Below are positions 9,050 to 18,482 of a stretch of DNA of 64,000 bases, in pieces. Origin of the DNA: Nitrospirota bacterium. Its GTDB lineage: Bacteria > Nitrospirota > UBA9217. The notes below the pieces were generated by a model, which was given only the letters and a program-made list of their open reading frames with translations, had not been told where the DNA came from and ran no database searches. How positions within the stretch are numbered: the first letter of the stretch is position 1; every line of letters starts with the position of its first letter. The position numbers and the translations under genes are program-made. Location: assembly GCA_963754875.1 (NCBI GenBank), contig CAVWHO010000008.1:32001-96000 (forward strand), written 5' to 3'.

Positions 9050-9131
9050 TTCCCATGCAAAAACCCGGAATTTGAAACACTCTACTCCTCCGACTCTTGT
9101 CCCCAAACCAATGACCGAGATGTCCTCACCT

Positions 9132-9311
9132 CTAGTCGCACTGACAGATGCAGTGTTTGCCCGGGATCGGACCGGATGATTGCTCCCCCGACAGATCCTG
9201 TTTGTCCCACGTCAGGATCCGTTCTAAGCCCCAAGCCATCAGTACCACGAAACCAAGGATAATAGGCCATGCCCACCCCGTGGTCCATTCCAGTATATCT
9301 ACAGATGTCAT
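9132..9311 (-). CDS. Small single-TM protein (59 aa) ending HCICQCD; absent from the ORF track
   Basis: Hand translation: MTSVDILEWTTGWAWPIILGFVVLMAWGLERILTWDKQDLSGEQSSGPIPGKHCICQCD; AGGAAG upstream. Confidence 0.5.
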   Translation of the reverse strand: MTSVDILEWTTGWAWPIILGFVVLMAWGLERILTWDKQDLSGEQSSGPIPGKHCICQCD

Positions 9312-9515
9312 GTTCGATCACTTCCTTCCTAAACGTCTTGCTGATTTAATTATAGCGAACCTGCGACAAGGAGGGCACTAATTAACGGGGCGCCTCGAAC
9401 TGTTCTCATTCTCAAGTCTTACTTGTTTTGCCCGACCGTCTCCATGACGAATGCGCAACTCCTGGAATCCGACAGTACCCTACTGAGGATGTCCCTGTCG
9501 CATTTTCCGCTTTCT

Positions 9516-9572
9516 GTTCCCTCTCGATGACGGTCAGCGCAACGTCGTTGAGAATCAGGATCGACTCGATCA
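9516..9572 (-). pseudogene. Remnant of a DMT transporter 3' end
   Basis: 48/57 nt ungapped identity to 12051-12107. Confidence 0.6.
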
Positions 9573-9753
9573 CCACAACCTTGAAGGTCCAGTCTTTCTT
9601 CTTGATTTACTGATTGAAGGAAGTCATAATAATAGAAGGAGCACGGTTTGGCCCTATGGATTCTGCATGAGAGAAGACCTCGGTCCTGCCCGAGGGGGCT
9701 CCCCTGACAACGAGGAAGGGACTAATAGGTTTGCACGACTCCTGAACAGTCAT

Positions 9754-11106
9754 ATGCATGTGAGACCGGATAAAATAAAAGCGATTACGAAGCTCCAATC
9801 GATGTTCACGGAGATATTCGGGCTGGGCAAAGCTGCAGCGCTGACCGCGATCCTGGCCATCACCGTGGTCCTTGCCCTTGCCGTCTACTCGTTCATCCAC
9901 CTTGCCCCGCCCCACACCGTCACGATCACGAGCGGGCCGGAAGGCAGCATCTTCCGGAACAACGCGGAAAAATATGCGAAGATCCTGGCCCGAAACGGCG
10001 TGAAGCTGAAGGTCCTTATGTCGCAGGGCTCGCAGGAAAATTTGAAGAGGCTGGCTGATCCCAAATTCAATGTGGACGTAGGGTTTGTGCAGGGCGGTTT
10101 GGCAGGCGGCGTGAACATCGACAAGTTGGTTTCGCTCGGGAGTCTCTACAACGAACCGCTGCTCATCTTCTACCGGAGTTCGAAAGAGCTCGAACTGCTC
10201 TCCCAGATGAAGGGCAGGCGGCTTGCTATCGGGCCCGAGGGCAGCGGCACCCGGCCCCTCGTCCTGACCCTCCTCGCGGCAAACGGCATCCAGCCCGGCG
10301 GGACCACAATGCTCCTAGACCTCGACTCAGACGACGCGGCGAACGCCTTACTGGCAGGCAGGGTCGATGCAGTGTTCCTCATGGGAGACTCCGCCTCCGT
10401 CGACATCATCCGGAAGCTCATCCGGTCGCCCTGGATCAAACTCTTTAACGTCGTCCAGGCAGACGGGTATACCCGCCGCATAACCTATCTGAACAAGATG
10501 CAGCTCCCCGAAGGCGTTCTCGACATCGGGAACAACCTTCCGGCCCGTGATGTCAATCTGATCGGCCCCCCGGTCGAGCTTATCGCTCGCGAGGACCTCC
10601 ATCCGGCCCTGTCCGATCTGCTGCTCGAGGCCGCACGGGAGATCTACGGCCGCGCTGGGCTGTTCAGGCGCCAGGACGAATTTCCCGCGCCGATCCAACA
10701 CGAATTCACCATCAGCACCGATGCACGGAGCTTTTACCGCTCAGGCAAGGGCTTCCTCTACCGCTATCTTCCGTTCTGGGTGGCGAGCTTCGTGAACCGC
10801 ATGCTCGTCGTGTTCCTGCCTTCGATCGTGGTTCTGATCCCGGTCCTGCGGGCCATCCCCGCAGCCTATCGATGGAAGATCCGGCTCGGCATTTACCGCT
10901 GGTACCGTTCCCTGATGGCGCTCGAGCGGGAAATGGCCGGACAGTTCCCGCCGGAAAAAAGGGAGGAGTTTCTGGAACGGCTCGATCATATCGAGAGAGC
11001 TGCCAACAGAATGAAGGTACCGGCATCCTTCGCTGACCGCTTCTACGATCTCCGCGGCCATATCACTCTCGTCCGCAACCGTCTGCCTGGAACGCAGTCG
11101 CGATAA
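9754..11106 (+). CDS. TAXI-family TRAP transporter solute-binding protein with N- and C-terminal TM segments
   Basis: ITSGPEGS, SQGSQENLKRL, VGFVQGG, LAIGPEGSGT, LHPALSDLLL, LYRYLPFW. Confidence 0.8.
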   Translation: MHVRPDKIKAITKLQSMFTEIFGLGKAAALTAILAITVVLALAVYSFIHLAPPHTVTITSGPEGSIFRNNAEKYAKILARNGVKLKVLMSQGSQENLKRLADPKFNVDVGFVQGGLAGGVNIDKLVSLGSLYNEPLLIFYRSSKELELLSQMKGRRLAIGPEGSGTRPLVLTLLAANGIQPGGTTMLLDLDSDDAANALLAGRVDAVFLMGDSASVDIIRKLIRSPWIKLFNVVQADGYTRRITYLNKMQLPEGVLDIGNNLPARDVNLIGPPVELIAREDLHPALSDLLLEAAREIYGRAGLFRRQDEFPAPIQHEFTISTDARSFYRSGKGFLYRYLPFWVASFVNRMLVVFLPSIVVLIPVLRAIPAAYRWKIRLGIYRWYRSLMALEREMAGQFPPEKREEFLERLDHIERAANRMKVPASFADRFYDLRGHITLVRNRLPGTQSR

Positions 11107-11184
11107 GAGTGTCCGCCTGCACGGTCATCGCGAGAGCGGGGCCGCCTTCCGGCGCCATCCCAGGGTCTTCCTATTGCAGAAAAA

Positions 11185-11910
11185 TTACTTAGTGTCCTTT
11201 GCCCCGATGGCCTTCAGAAATTCCCTGCTCGTTACGACCGTTGCCTGCCACGGGAAGACCTTGTCCATCAATACCCGGTGTACTTCCGGATCCCGGTCGG
11301 CGCAGGCATCCGACACGACTACGAGAGAGTAGTCCATGTCCGCGGCCCAGCGGACCGTGGAAAGGACCACGCCGCTCGTGGAAATGCCGCACAGGACGAT
11401 CGTGTTGATATTCCTGGCCCGGAGGATCGTCTCCAGGTCCGTTGTCGGAAAAGCCCCGACACGGCGCTTCGTCACGACGATCTCAGACGGAAGGGGCGCT
11501 ATTTTGGGGTCTATTTCGGCCCCAGGCGTCCCTTCCTGCAGTCGCCCTGATTCCTTCACGCCGCGGAAAAGCTTGTTGTGCAGATTGACCTCGGGGTAGC
11601 CGTTGCGAAACCGAACGACAACATAGATGACGGGGATGTTCGCCTGACGCGCTTCTTTGATGACCGCGCCCGCCCTTTCGAGCAGCAACACACGGACCTC
11701 CTCGGGCAGACTGCCAATAATATCGTTCTCGTAGTCCATGATCAATACCGCGGTCCTGGCCTTGTTCACGGTAAATTCCGGCTCGATCAGGACATCCATC
11801 TTGCCCTGAGGGACTGCCTTCTTCGGGTCCTGCCTGTCAAAAGCGAAAGCAGTTCCTGCCGACAAAATAAGGACCATTACAAACAGCGTTGTTCGAACGG
11901 TTCTACCCAT
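11185..11910 (-). CDS. Isochorismatase / cysteine hydrolase family protein with predicted signal peptide
   Basis: TAVLIMDYEND, VTKRRVGAF, GISTSGVVLSTVR, DACAD; N-terminus ends AFA. Confidence 0.85.
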   Translation of the reverse strand: MGRTVRTTLFVMVLILSAGTAFAFDRQDPKKAVPQGKMDVLIEPEFTVNKARTAVLIMDYENDIIGSLPEEVRVLLLERAGAVIKEARQANIPVIYVVVRFRNGYPEVNLHNKLFRGVKESGRLQEGTPGAEIDPKIAPLPSEIVVTKRRVGAFPTTDLETILRARNINTIVLCGISTSGVVLSTVRWAADMDYSLVVVSDACADRDPEVHRVLMDKVFPWQATVVTSREFLKAIGAKDTK

Positions 11911-12036
11911 GACGCCCTCCTCAGTTTTGAATCTTTTTTAACACGCTATTACCACGTGCGGGAATAAGACTCGCCCACGAAGCTCCTCTGCGTCAAAATG
12001 CTCTTCACAAAGCACCAAAGGGTGATTGACCCCCAG

Positions 12037-12900
12037 TTATACGCTTTTCAGTTCCTTCTCAATGACGGTCAGCGCAACGCCGCCCAGGATCAGGACCGAC
12101 GCGATCATAAGCCTCGGCGTCACGACCTCTGACAGGAAGATGACCCCCCCGAACGCGGCGAGAACCGGTACCGAGAGCTGGACCGTAGCGGCACGGGTCG
12201 AGGACAGGCCTCGTAGGGCAGTGTACCAGATAACGTACCCGATTCCCGAGGCGAGTGCCCCGGACAGGATCGCGAGCAGAATGCCCCTCGGCTCCGCATG
12301 GAGGCCCTGCACATGGGATGCCCAGACTACAAGGGCGAACGGCACGGCTCTTACAAAGTTGCCCGCTGTACGGGAAACCGGGTCTTTTGCCCCGCGGCCC
12401 CGTAACGAATAGAGGCCCCAGGCTATGCCGGCCAGTGCCATCAGGAGCGAACCTCCGGGCGAAGGTGCTGCTATTCCGGGGAAGACCAGGTAGATCAAGC
12501 CTGTGAGCGCGATCGCCAGGCCCGCCCACTGCAGCATATGCGGACGCTCGCCGCTCCGCAGGCCCGAGATGATCATCGTGGCCTGGACCGAACCGAAGAG
12601 GATAAGAGAACCGGTCCCCGCACTCAGACTGAGATAGGCAAAGGAAAAGGCGACCGCGTACAGAAAGAGCTGAAATCCCGAGGTCCAGCTGCCCGCAGTG
12701 AGAGCATGATAACCCCGCAGAAAGAGCGTCAGCATCGCGAGGGTAACCGCCCCGGAAACAATCCGGACGGCGGTGAAGCTGGCAGCATCGACCGCATGCG
12801 CTCCAAGTGCCATTCGGCAGAGCACGGAATTGGTGGCAAATGCAGTCATGGCGACCATGGTCAGGAACCACGTCCGAGCCTGTCCATTTTGCTCATCCAA
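12037..12900 (-). CDS. DMT/EamA family transporter
   Basis: About 10 TM; AFATNSVLCRMAL, GERP, GYVIWY, VQLSVPVLAA. Confidence 0.88.
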   Translation of the reverse strand: MDEQNGQARTWFLTMVAMTAFATNSVLCRMALGAHAVDAASFTAVRIVSGAVTLAMLTLFLRGYHALTAGSWTSGFQLFLYAVAFSFAYLSLSAGTGSLILFGSVQATMIISGLRSGERPHMLQWAGLAIALTGLIYLVFPGIAAPSPGGSLLMALAGIAWGLYSLRGRGAKDPVSRTAGNFVRAVPFALVVWASHVQGLHAEPRGILLAILSGALASGIGYVIWYTALRGLSSTRAATVQLSVPVLAAFGGVIFLSEVVTPRLMIASVLILGGVALTVIEKELKSV

Positions 12901-12967
12901 ATGGATTCCTCCTTATCTTGATCCCCCCGTCCGGTCGTTGCAATCTCTGGCCATTCGAGAACTTGTT

Positions 12968-13705
12968 CTAACGGGCCACCCTTCTTGTCGTGGTTTCCCC
13001 ACCTGATCCGACAAGCTCGTGAAAACGCATCGCCATCTCGGGCCCTTTGGCCTCGTCCTCGTGTTTGAAAAAGACGAAGGCCCGTTCCCATTTTTGCGAA
13101 AGGATCCTTTCTGCCCATTGCGACAGATCGGCATTCGTATAATCGGACCGGCGCAGGCGCAGGTATCCCCATGGTGCCGTAGTGATAATCTCCCCTACCG
13201 GGTTTTCATCAGTGTCCTCGATGCACCAGCTGCAGCCCTTCTTGCGAAGGAGGTCCGGAATGCCGTCCTCGAGCCACGTGGGGCTGCGGAAATCAAAGGC
13301 GCAGGCCGCATCGCGGGGAATCAGACCGAGGAAATTTTCGAGCGCCGCGGCGTTGGCTCGAAAACTCTTGGGGAACTGAAAAAGGATCGGCCCCAGTTTC
13401 TTGTCCAGGACTGACAGCGACTTGAAGAGGTACTCGGTCTCCTCGAACACATTCCTGAGCTGTTTTATGTGCGTTATGACCTGGGGCGCTTTGAGCGCGA
13501 ACACGAAATCATCGGGGACCTGTCCGGCCCAGGATGCAAGCACACTCTCTTTGGGCATGTGATAAAAAGTATTGTTGATCTCTACGGTACTGAGGCGCCC
13601 GGCATAGTAGCGAAGCATATCCTTGGCTGAGATCTTTTCGGGATAGAATTTCCCTTTCCATTCCTTATGTCCAAACCCGCTTGTACCGATATAAATATTC
13701 ATCAT
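12968..13705 (-). CDS. DUF72 domain protein (YecE-like TIM barrel)
   Basis: IGTSGF, WKGKFYP, TVEINNTFY, FALKAP, LFQFP, YLRLRR, FFKH. Confidence 0.9.
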   Translation of the reverse strand: MMNIYIGTSGFGHKEWKGKFYPEKISAKDMLRYYAGRLSTVEINNTFYHMPKESVLASWAGQVPDDFVFALKAPQVITHIKQLRNVFEETEYLFKSLSVLDKKLGPILFQFPKSFRANAAALENFLGLIPRDAACAFDFRSPTWLEDGIPDLLRKKGCSWCIEDTDENPVGEIITTAPWGYLRLRRSDYTNADLSQWAERILSQKWERAFVFFKHEDEAKGPEMAMRFHELVGSGGETTTRRVAR

Positions 13706-13706
13706 G

Positions 13707-15317
13707 TTACAATCCTCCTTCGCCGCTCCGGAGAGGCCTTTCCCGCACGACTTCCCGTGCGGCTTTGTCCTCGCGCAACCGCACGAAAACAGGCTGTCTC
13801 ATAATCGTCTCTTCAGTCCAGCCCGATAAGATAACCTCGCAGACCAGCTCCGGTTTTACCCACGTGACCGCTGCATTCGTCTCCGGCTCCTCGGTAAAGG
13901 GACACTCTTTTTGGACCAGGGGACGCAATTTTTCGCTGACATCCTGTAGATCTTTTTCTGCGAATCCGCCGCCCACATGGCCGATGTAAATCAACTCGCC
14001 CCCTTCGAAAAGGCCCAGGACGAGGCTGCCGAAATATTTTCTGCTCCCTCCCGGTTCAGTAAAGCCTGCAATAACTCCTTCCTGGGTCTGTCGCGTCTTC
14101 ACCTTGAGCCACTGCCGGCTCCTCCTGCCCGTTTCGTACGCGCTTTGAGCATGCTTGGCCACGATCCCTTCCAGTTCCTTTTCTTTGGCGACGTTATAGA
14201 ACAGGACCCCTTCTTTCCACACGTGATCGCTGAATTTAATTTTCGGGATGGAAGGAAGGATTTTTTTCAAGAGTTCCTTCCTCCTGATAAGAGGCAGGTC
14301 CGTCAAGTCATGTCCCTTGAAGTAGAGGATATCGAAAACGTAGTAGAGCAAATGGCCGGTCCCTGAGTCATGGTAATGCTGCAGCATCTGGAAATCAGGG
14401 CGTCCCTGGTCGTCCACTACGACGATTTCGCCGTCCAGAACAGCGTTGAACCCGAATTTCCGGAGCGACTCGACAACAGGAGAAAACTTTTTGTCGTACG
14501 ATATCCCGTTCCGGGAATACAGCGAAACAGTCCCGTCCCGGATTTCGGCAATAGCCCGGTACCCGTCCCATTTCACTTCAAAGACCCAATCCGGGTCATC
14601 AAACGGTTCCTCGACCACGGACGCGAGCATCGGTTTTAGAACCCGCGGCATCGGTCTGATCGGCGCGTCCTTCAGGTCTTCGCGTTCCATTGCCTCGTTA
14701 AGACGGATCTGGTTTATTTTTTTTTGTTTGAAAGATTTCTTCGGATTGGATTCGAGCAAATCCTCCAGCGTCTTACCGGACACCACGGAATGGTTCTCCT
14801 TAAGAATGTCCGCTTCGGCCACATATCGATCTTTTTTCTTCAAAAGAAGCCACGATTTCCCGTCCTTTCCTGTCTTTACCAGCGCGAATTCGCCATGAAG
14901 TTTTTCTCCTTCGAGGACGAACTTCATGTTCCCTTTCCGCAATCCTTCTAGAAGAAGTTTCTCGCTTTCGTTCTCATCCCTCGTGGAAGGGTGATGATAA
15001 AACCCCCTGTCCCAGATGATGACGCTTCCTGCGCCGTAACTGCCCTCCGGGATAACGCCCTCAAAATCCTTGTAATCCAGCGGGTGGTCTTCAACCATAA
15101 CGGCCAACCGTTTCAAGGAAGGGTCAAGCGAGGGCCCTTTCGGCACGGCCCAGCTTTTCAGCACCCCTTCCAGCGCCAGCCTGAGATCGTAATGAAGGGC
15201 CCGGGCCGCGTGCTTATGAATAACGAAAACAAGCCGGCCCGCCTGCGCCCGGGCACTCGGTTTCGGTTCCGGTGTTTTGTCGAATTCCCGTTTTGATGCG
15301 TATTCCTTTAATTCCAT
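13707..15317 (-). CDS. ligD: NHEJ LigD, phosphoesterase + ATP-dependent ligase domains
   Basis: PE domain HAARALHYDLRL...SWAVPKGPS...EDHP; ligase EVKWDGYR, LDGEIV, EGIVAK, WLKVK. Confidence 0.93.
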   Translation of the reverse strand: MELKEYASKREFDKTPEPKPSARAQAGRLVFVIHKHAARALHYDLRLALEGVLKSWAVPKGPSLDPSLKRLAVMVEDHPLDYKDFEGVIPEGSYGAGSVIIWDRGFYHHPSTRDENESEKLLLEGLRKGNMKFVLEGEKLHGEFALVKTGKDGKSWLLLKKKDRYVAEADILKENHSVVSGKTLEDLLESNPKKSFKQKKINQIRLNEAMEREDLKDAPIRPMPRVLKPMLASVVEEPFDDPDWVFEVKWDGYRAIAEIRDGTVSLYSRNGISYDKKFSPVVESLRKFGFNAVLDGEIVVVDDQGRPDFQMLQHYHDSGTGHLLYYVFDILYFKGHDLTDLPLIRRKELLKKILPSIPKIKFSDHVWKEGVLFYNVAKEKELEGIVAKHAQSAYETGRRSRQWLKVKTRQTQEGVIAGFTEPGGSRKYFGSLVLGLFEGGELIYIGHVGGGFAEKDLQDVSEKLRPLVQKECPFTEEPETNAAVTWVKPELVCEVILSGWTEETIMRQPVFVRLREDKAAREVVRERPLRSGEGGL

Positions 15318-15436
15318 GATGAAAACTTTCTACGAACTTTTGTCTCGCGCATAGCCGCCAAGTCGCAAAGAAAGCGGCCTAAACCGCGTGCGGCGAAGCC
15401 GCCTGTGATTACTTTGCCTATCAGTTCTTTTTGCCC

Positions 15437-16345
15437 TCACAAAAGGGGAAGCTTCTGCTCCTTCACGAGTACCTCTCGAAAAAGGTCCCCCTTTTCTTCC
15501 GCCCGGCGAACAGCGTCCCCATGCAAGACCTGCAATTTTTCCGGATCGCCAAGGCCGGCCAACTCCTCCAGCGCCCGCCACTCAAGGGGAAACGAAACGA
15601 ATGGTTTTTCCCGGGCGCGCAGGGAATAAACGCAGATCATCGTCTTCGAAGCGTCGTTTTGCGACCAGTTGATAAAAACCTTTGCTTTCCGCTCTTGCTT
15701 CGCCATTTTTGCAGTCACCAGGTCCGGATAATGTTTCTGCATGATCCCTGCCACGGCTTTTGAAAAAGTCTTGGTATCCTCAAAGGTCGTCTCACGGCGA
15801 TTCAAGGGAACAAATACATGAAGCCCTTTTTGGCCTGACGTTTTTACATAGCTCGAAAGTCCCATGCCGGAGAGCAGGTCCCGAAGTATCAGCGCAACCC
15901 TGGCACAATCGAGAATGTTTGCCGGTTCGCCGGGATCGAGATCGAAGACCATGGAATCGGGCGTCCAAGGTGATCCGGACCTGGCCAGAGGCACATGGAG
16001 CTCAAGAGACGCAAGGTTCCCCACCCATATCAACGTTTCCAGATCGTTAATCAGGCAAAAGGTCACTGCGTCACCATCATGCTGGGGGAGGATCTCCGCT
16101 GTTTTCACCCAGGCCGGACGGTGCCCGGGACAGCGCTTCTCGAAAAAGAAATCTTTTTCCACTCCTTCGGGATAGCGCTTAAAGGTCAATGCCCGGTCTT
16201 TCAAATGGGGCAGGATGAACGGTGCGATCCGGCGATAGTATTCCAGGATATCGGCCTTCGTGAAACCATAGGAAGGATAGAGATCCTTTTCCAGGTTTGA
16301 CAAAGGGAGTCTTCTCTCGGCTATTTCAACGAATGTTCGGCTCAC
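15437..16345 (-). CDS. Stand-alone LigD polymerase (AEP primase/polymerase) domain
   Basis: LSNLEKDLYP, RYPEG, FFEKRCP, VFDLDPG, KTSGQKGLHV, FINWSQN, YSLRAR. Confidence 0.92.
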   Translation of the reverse strand: MSRTFVEIAERRLPLSNLEKDLYPSYGFTKADILEYYRRIAPFILPHLKDRALTFKRYPEGVEKDFFFEKRCPGHRPAWVKTAEILPQHDGDAVTFCLINDLETLIWVGNLASLELHVPLARSGSPWTPDSMVFDLDPGEPANILDCARVALILRDLLSGMGLSSYVKTSGQKGLHVFVPLNRRETTFEDTKTFSKAVAGIMQKHYPDLVTAKMAKQERKAKVFINWSQNDASKTMICVYSLRAREKPFVSFPLEWRALEELAGLGDPEKLQVLHGDAVRRAEEKGDLFREVLVKEQKLPLL

Positions 16346-17127
16346 CTGCCCTCCTTCACTTTCCGCATGCTCTCCTCCAGCGCTGCGACCAGATCAGCAG
16401 GGCCTTCTCCCTCTTCTTCCTCCACTGCAGGGGGCTCCACCAAAGCTTTTTCTTTCGCCTTCGTCGCCAGGAGATCCATGAGCTTTTTCCGGCGTTCGTC
16501 CGCATATTTTCCCGGATTGAAGTCTTCGATCATTCGTTCAATGCTTTTTTTCATCCGGCTTTCTTCTTCGGCTTCGATCTTTCCTTTCTTCGGTGAAATG
16601 TCCTCATCGGGAAGTATTTCGTCGCTGTAATGGAGTGTGGTCAGCGCCAGTGCTCCCTCCCTGCTGGTGACCGCTACGAGATACTCGCGTTCAGCCATCA
16701 CGAATTTTGCGAGCCCGGCCTTATTAGTCCGACGCATCACCTCGACCAGCAGTTGATACGCTTTTTCGCCTCCTTTCGAAGGAACGAGATAGTAGGGGTG
16801 ATCATAATAGATCGGGTCCACTTCCTTCAGATCGATGAACTCAAGGATCTCGATCGTGCGGCTCCGTTCCGGGGACAGGGATTCCAGTTCCTCGTCCGTC
16901 ATCAGAATATATTTCTCCGGCAGGATTTCATATCCCCTGATGATCTCATCCGGGGGGACCATCGTTTCTTCCACGGGACAAAACATTTTTCGTGAGAGGC
17001 GGGAGTAATCCTTGCTGTGGAGCAGATGAAATGAAACACGGCCGGGCTCGACGGCCTTGACCAACCGCACCGGGATCGCCACCAGGCTGAAACTGATCGT
17101 TCCGCTCCACATTCCCTGCACAGCCAT
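16342..17127 (-). CDS. ku: Ku protein (copy 2)
   Basis: WSGTISFSLVAIPVRL, IIRGYE, IDLKEVDPIYYDHPYYL, TLHYSDEI, DLVAALEES. Confidence 0.93.
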   Translation of the reverse strand: MAVQGMWSGTISFSLVAIPVRLVKAVEPGRVSFHLLHSKDYSRLSRKMFCPVEETMVPPDEIIRGYEILPEKYILMTDEELESLSPERSRTIEILEFIDLKEVDPIYYDHPYYLVPSKGGEKAYQLLVEVMRRTNKAGLAKFVMAEREYLVAVTSREGALALTTLHYSDEILPDEDISPKKGKIEAEEESRMKKSIERMIEDFNPGKYADERRKKLMDLLATKAKEKALVEPPAVEEEEGEGPADLVAALEESMRKVKEGR

Positions 17128-17141
17128 GTCATCCCTCCTCA

Positions 17142-17212
17142 AGTTCTTAGTTTTGAGTTTTTAATTTTGAGTTGCATTAATTAAGAACTAAAAACTAACA
17201 ACGTAAAACTGA
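17142..17212. repeat. Heptamer-based inverted repeat between the two ku genes
   Basis: ttcttag ttttgag tttttaa ttttgag ... aagaact aaaaact aacaacg taaaact. Confidence 0.7.
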
Positions 17213-17214
17213 AA

Positions 17215-17994
17215 TCAGGCGGCTTTCTTCAGACTCGCTTCAAGGGCCTGGAGCAACTGGTCTGATTCCGTAGGTTGCAAGCGCCTGGGCGCCAGGACCG
17301 CAATTTTTTCTCCGCGGGCTTTTTTCTCGATCAAGTCTTGCAGCTTCTTCTGATGTTCGTTTTCGAACTTCCGCGGTTCAAAAGGAGCGGTCAACTTGTC
17401 GATCAATTCGCTCCCGATTTTCAGTTCCTTTTCCGACAAGGGAGCGTCCTGCAGTCCGAGTGATTTCGCAGATACCACCTCGTCTGCATACCGCAACGTA
17501 TTCAGACGGAGGACTCTCCCGTTCGTCTGCAGTGCCCCGAGATAGGATCGCTTTCTCATGGTCCACGTGCAGATGCCCTCGACATCCATTTCCTTCAAAG
17601 CCTTGAGAAGGGCGTTATATCCTTTTCCCTGAATGCCTGACAGATCCGGCTCCAGGTAATAGACGCGATCGAGGAAGAAGGGGTCGATTTGCGCGGTTTT
17701 GACAAATTCGTGGACCTCGATGATACGGTTGCTTTCAGGAACCGTTTGTTCGAGTTCCTCCGGATCGATGATGATGTATTTCCCGTCCTCCACTTCAAAC
17801 CCTTTGGACTGTTCTTCCGCGGGCACCGGTTTTTTTTCGTATGCACAGATCATCTGCTGGCGCAATTTTACCTGATCACTCGCGTGCAGAAGGTGAAACT
17901 GAATCCGTTCTTCCCTCACTGCGGAATGCAGCTTCACGGCCACGTCCGTGTCTCCAAAGTGGATATATCCTTTCCAGATCGTTCCTCCCGCCAT
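17215..17994 (-). CDS. ku: Ku protein (copy 1)
   Basis: IWKGYIHFG, VKLHSA, KGFEVEDGKYI, IDPFFLDRVYYL, TLRYADEV, LLQALEASL. Confidence 0.92.
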   Translation of the reverse strand: MAGGTIWKGYIHFGDTDVAVKLHSAVREERIQFHLLHASDQVKLRQQMICAYEKKPVPAEEQSKGFEVEDGKYIIIDPEELEQTVPESNRIIEVHEFVKTAQIDPFFLDRVYYLEPDLSGIQGKGYNALLKALKEMDVEGICTWTMRKRSYLGALQTNGRVLRLNTLRYADEVVSAKSLGLQDAPLSEKELKIGSELIDKLTAPFEPRKFENEHQKKLQDLIEKKARGEKIAVLAPRRLQPTESDQLLQALEASLKKAA

Positions 17995-18482
17995 TGAAAA
18001 TCCTCCGTAATCGTTTTCACGTCTTTCTCACCGTGAATACGCTTGACGAAAAAAGAGACAATCAGAATCCTTTATTTAGAAGATAGCACCAGGCAGCACA
18101 AGCGTCAAAGATACGGTAGTGAAACCGAAGTGCCGTCTTGTGACTTTTAATACGAAGGTTGCAGCAGGGATGACAGGGAATGAAGAAGAAAGGTACGCTG
18201 TTTAAGTCGCCCCGCGATAATAATTTTGTGGGCTGAACAGAGTTTGCAAGCTTTCCTTCGTTAGATTATAACAGCGCAATGTAAGGAACATGATAAGGAA
18301 CTGGACGGTGAGAAAAGTTGTTTGGAGTGAACTAAAAACTACGCACTAAGGACCGCTTCATCTTTCTTGGTTCATCTCTCATCCTTTCATCCGATTGCCT
18401 CTTGACGCATGCTTTTCCCTCATAGATTATACATTGCGGCCGGCTCATGACTTTTTCAACAGCCAGGCAAAGGTCCGATGAA

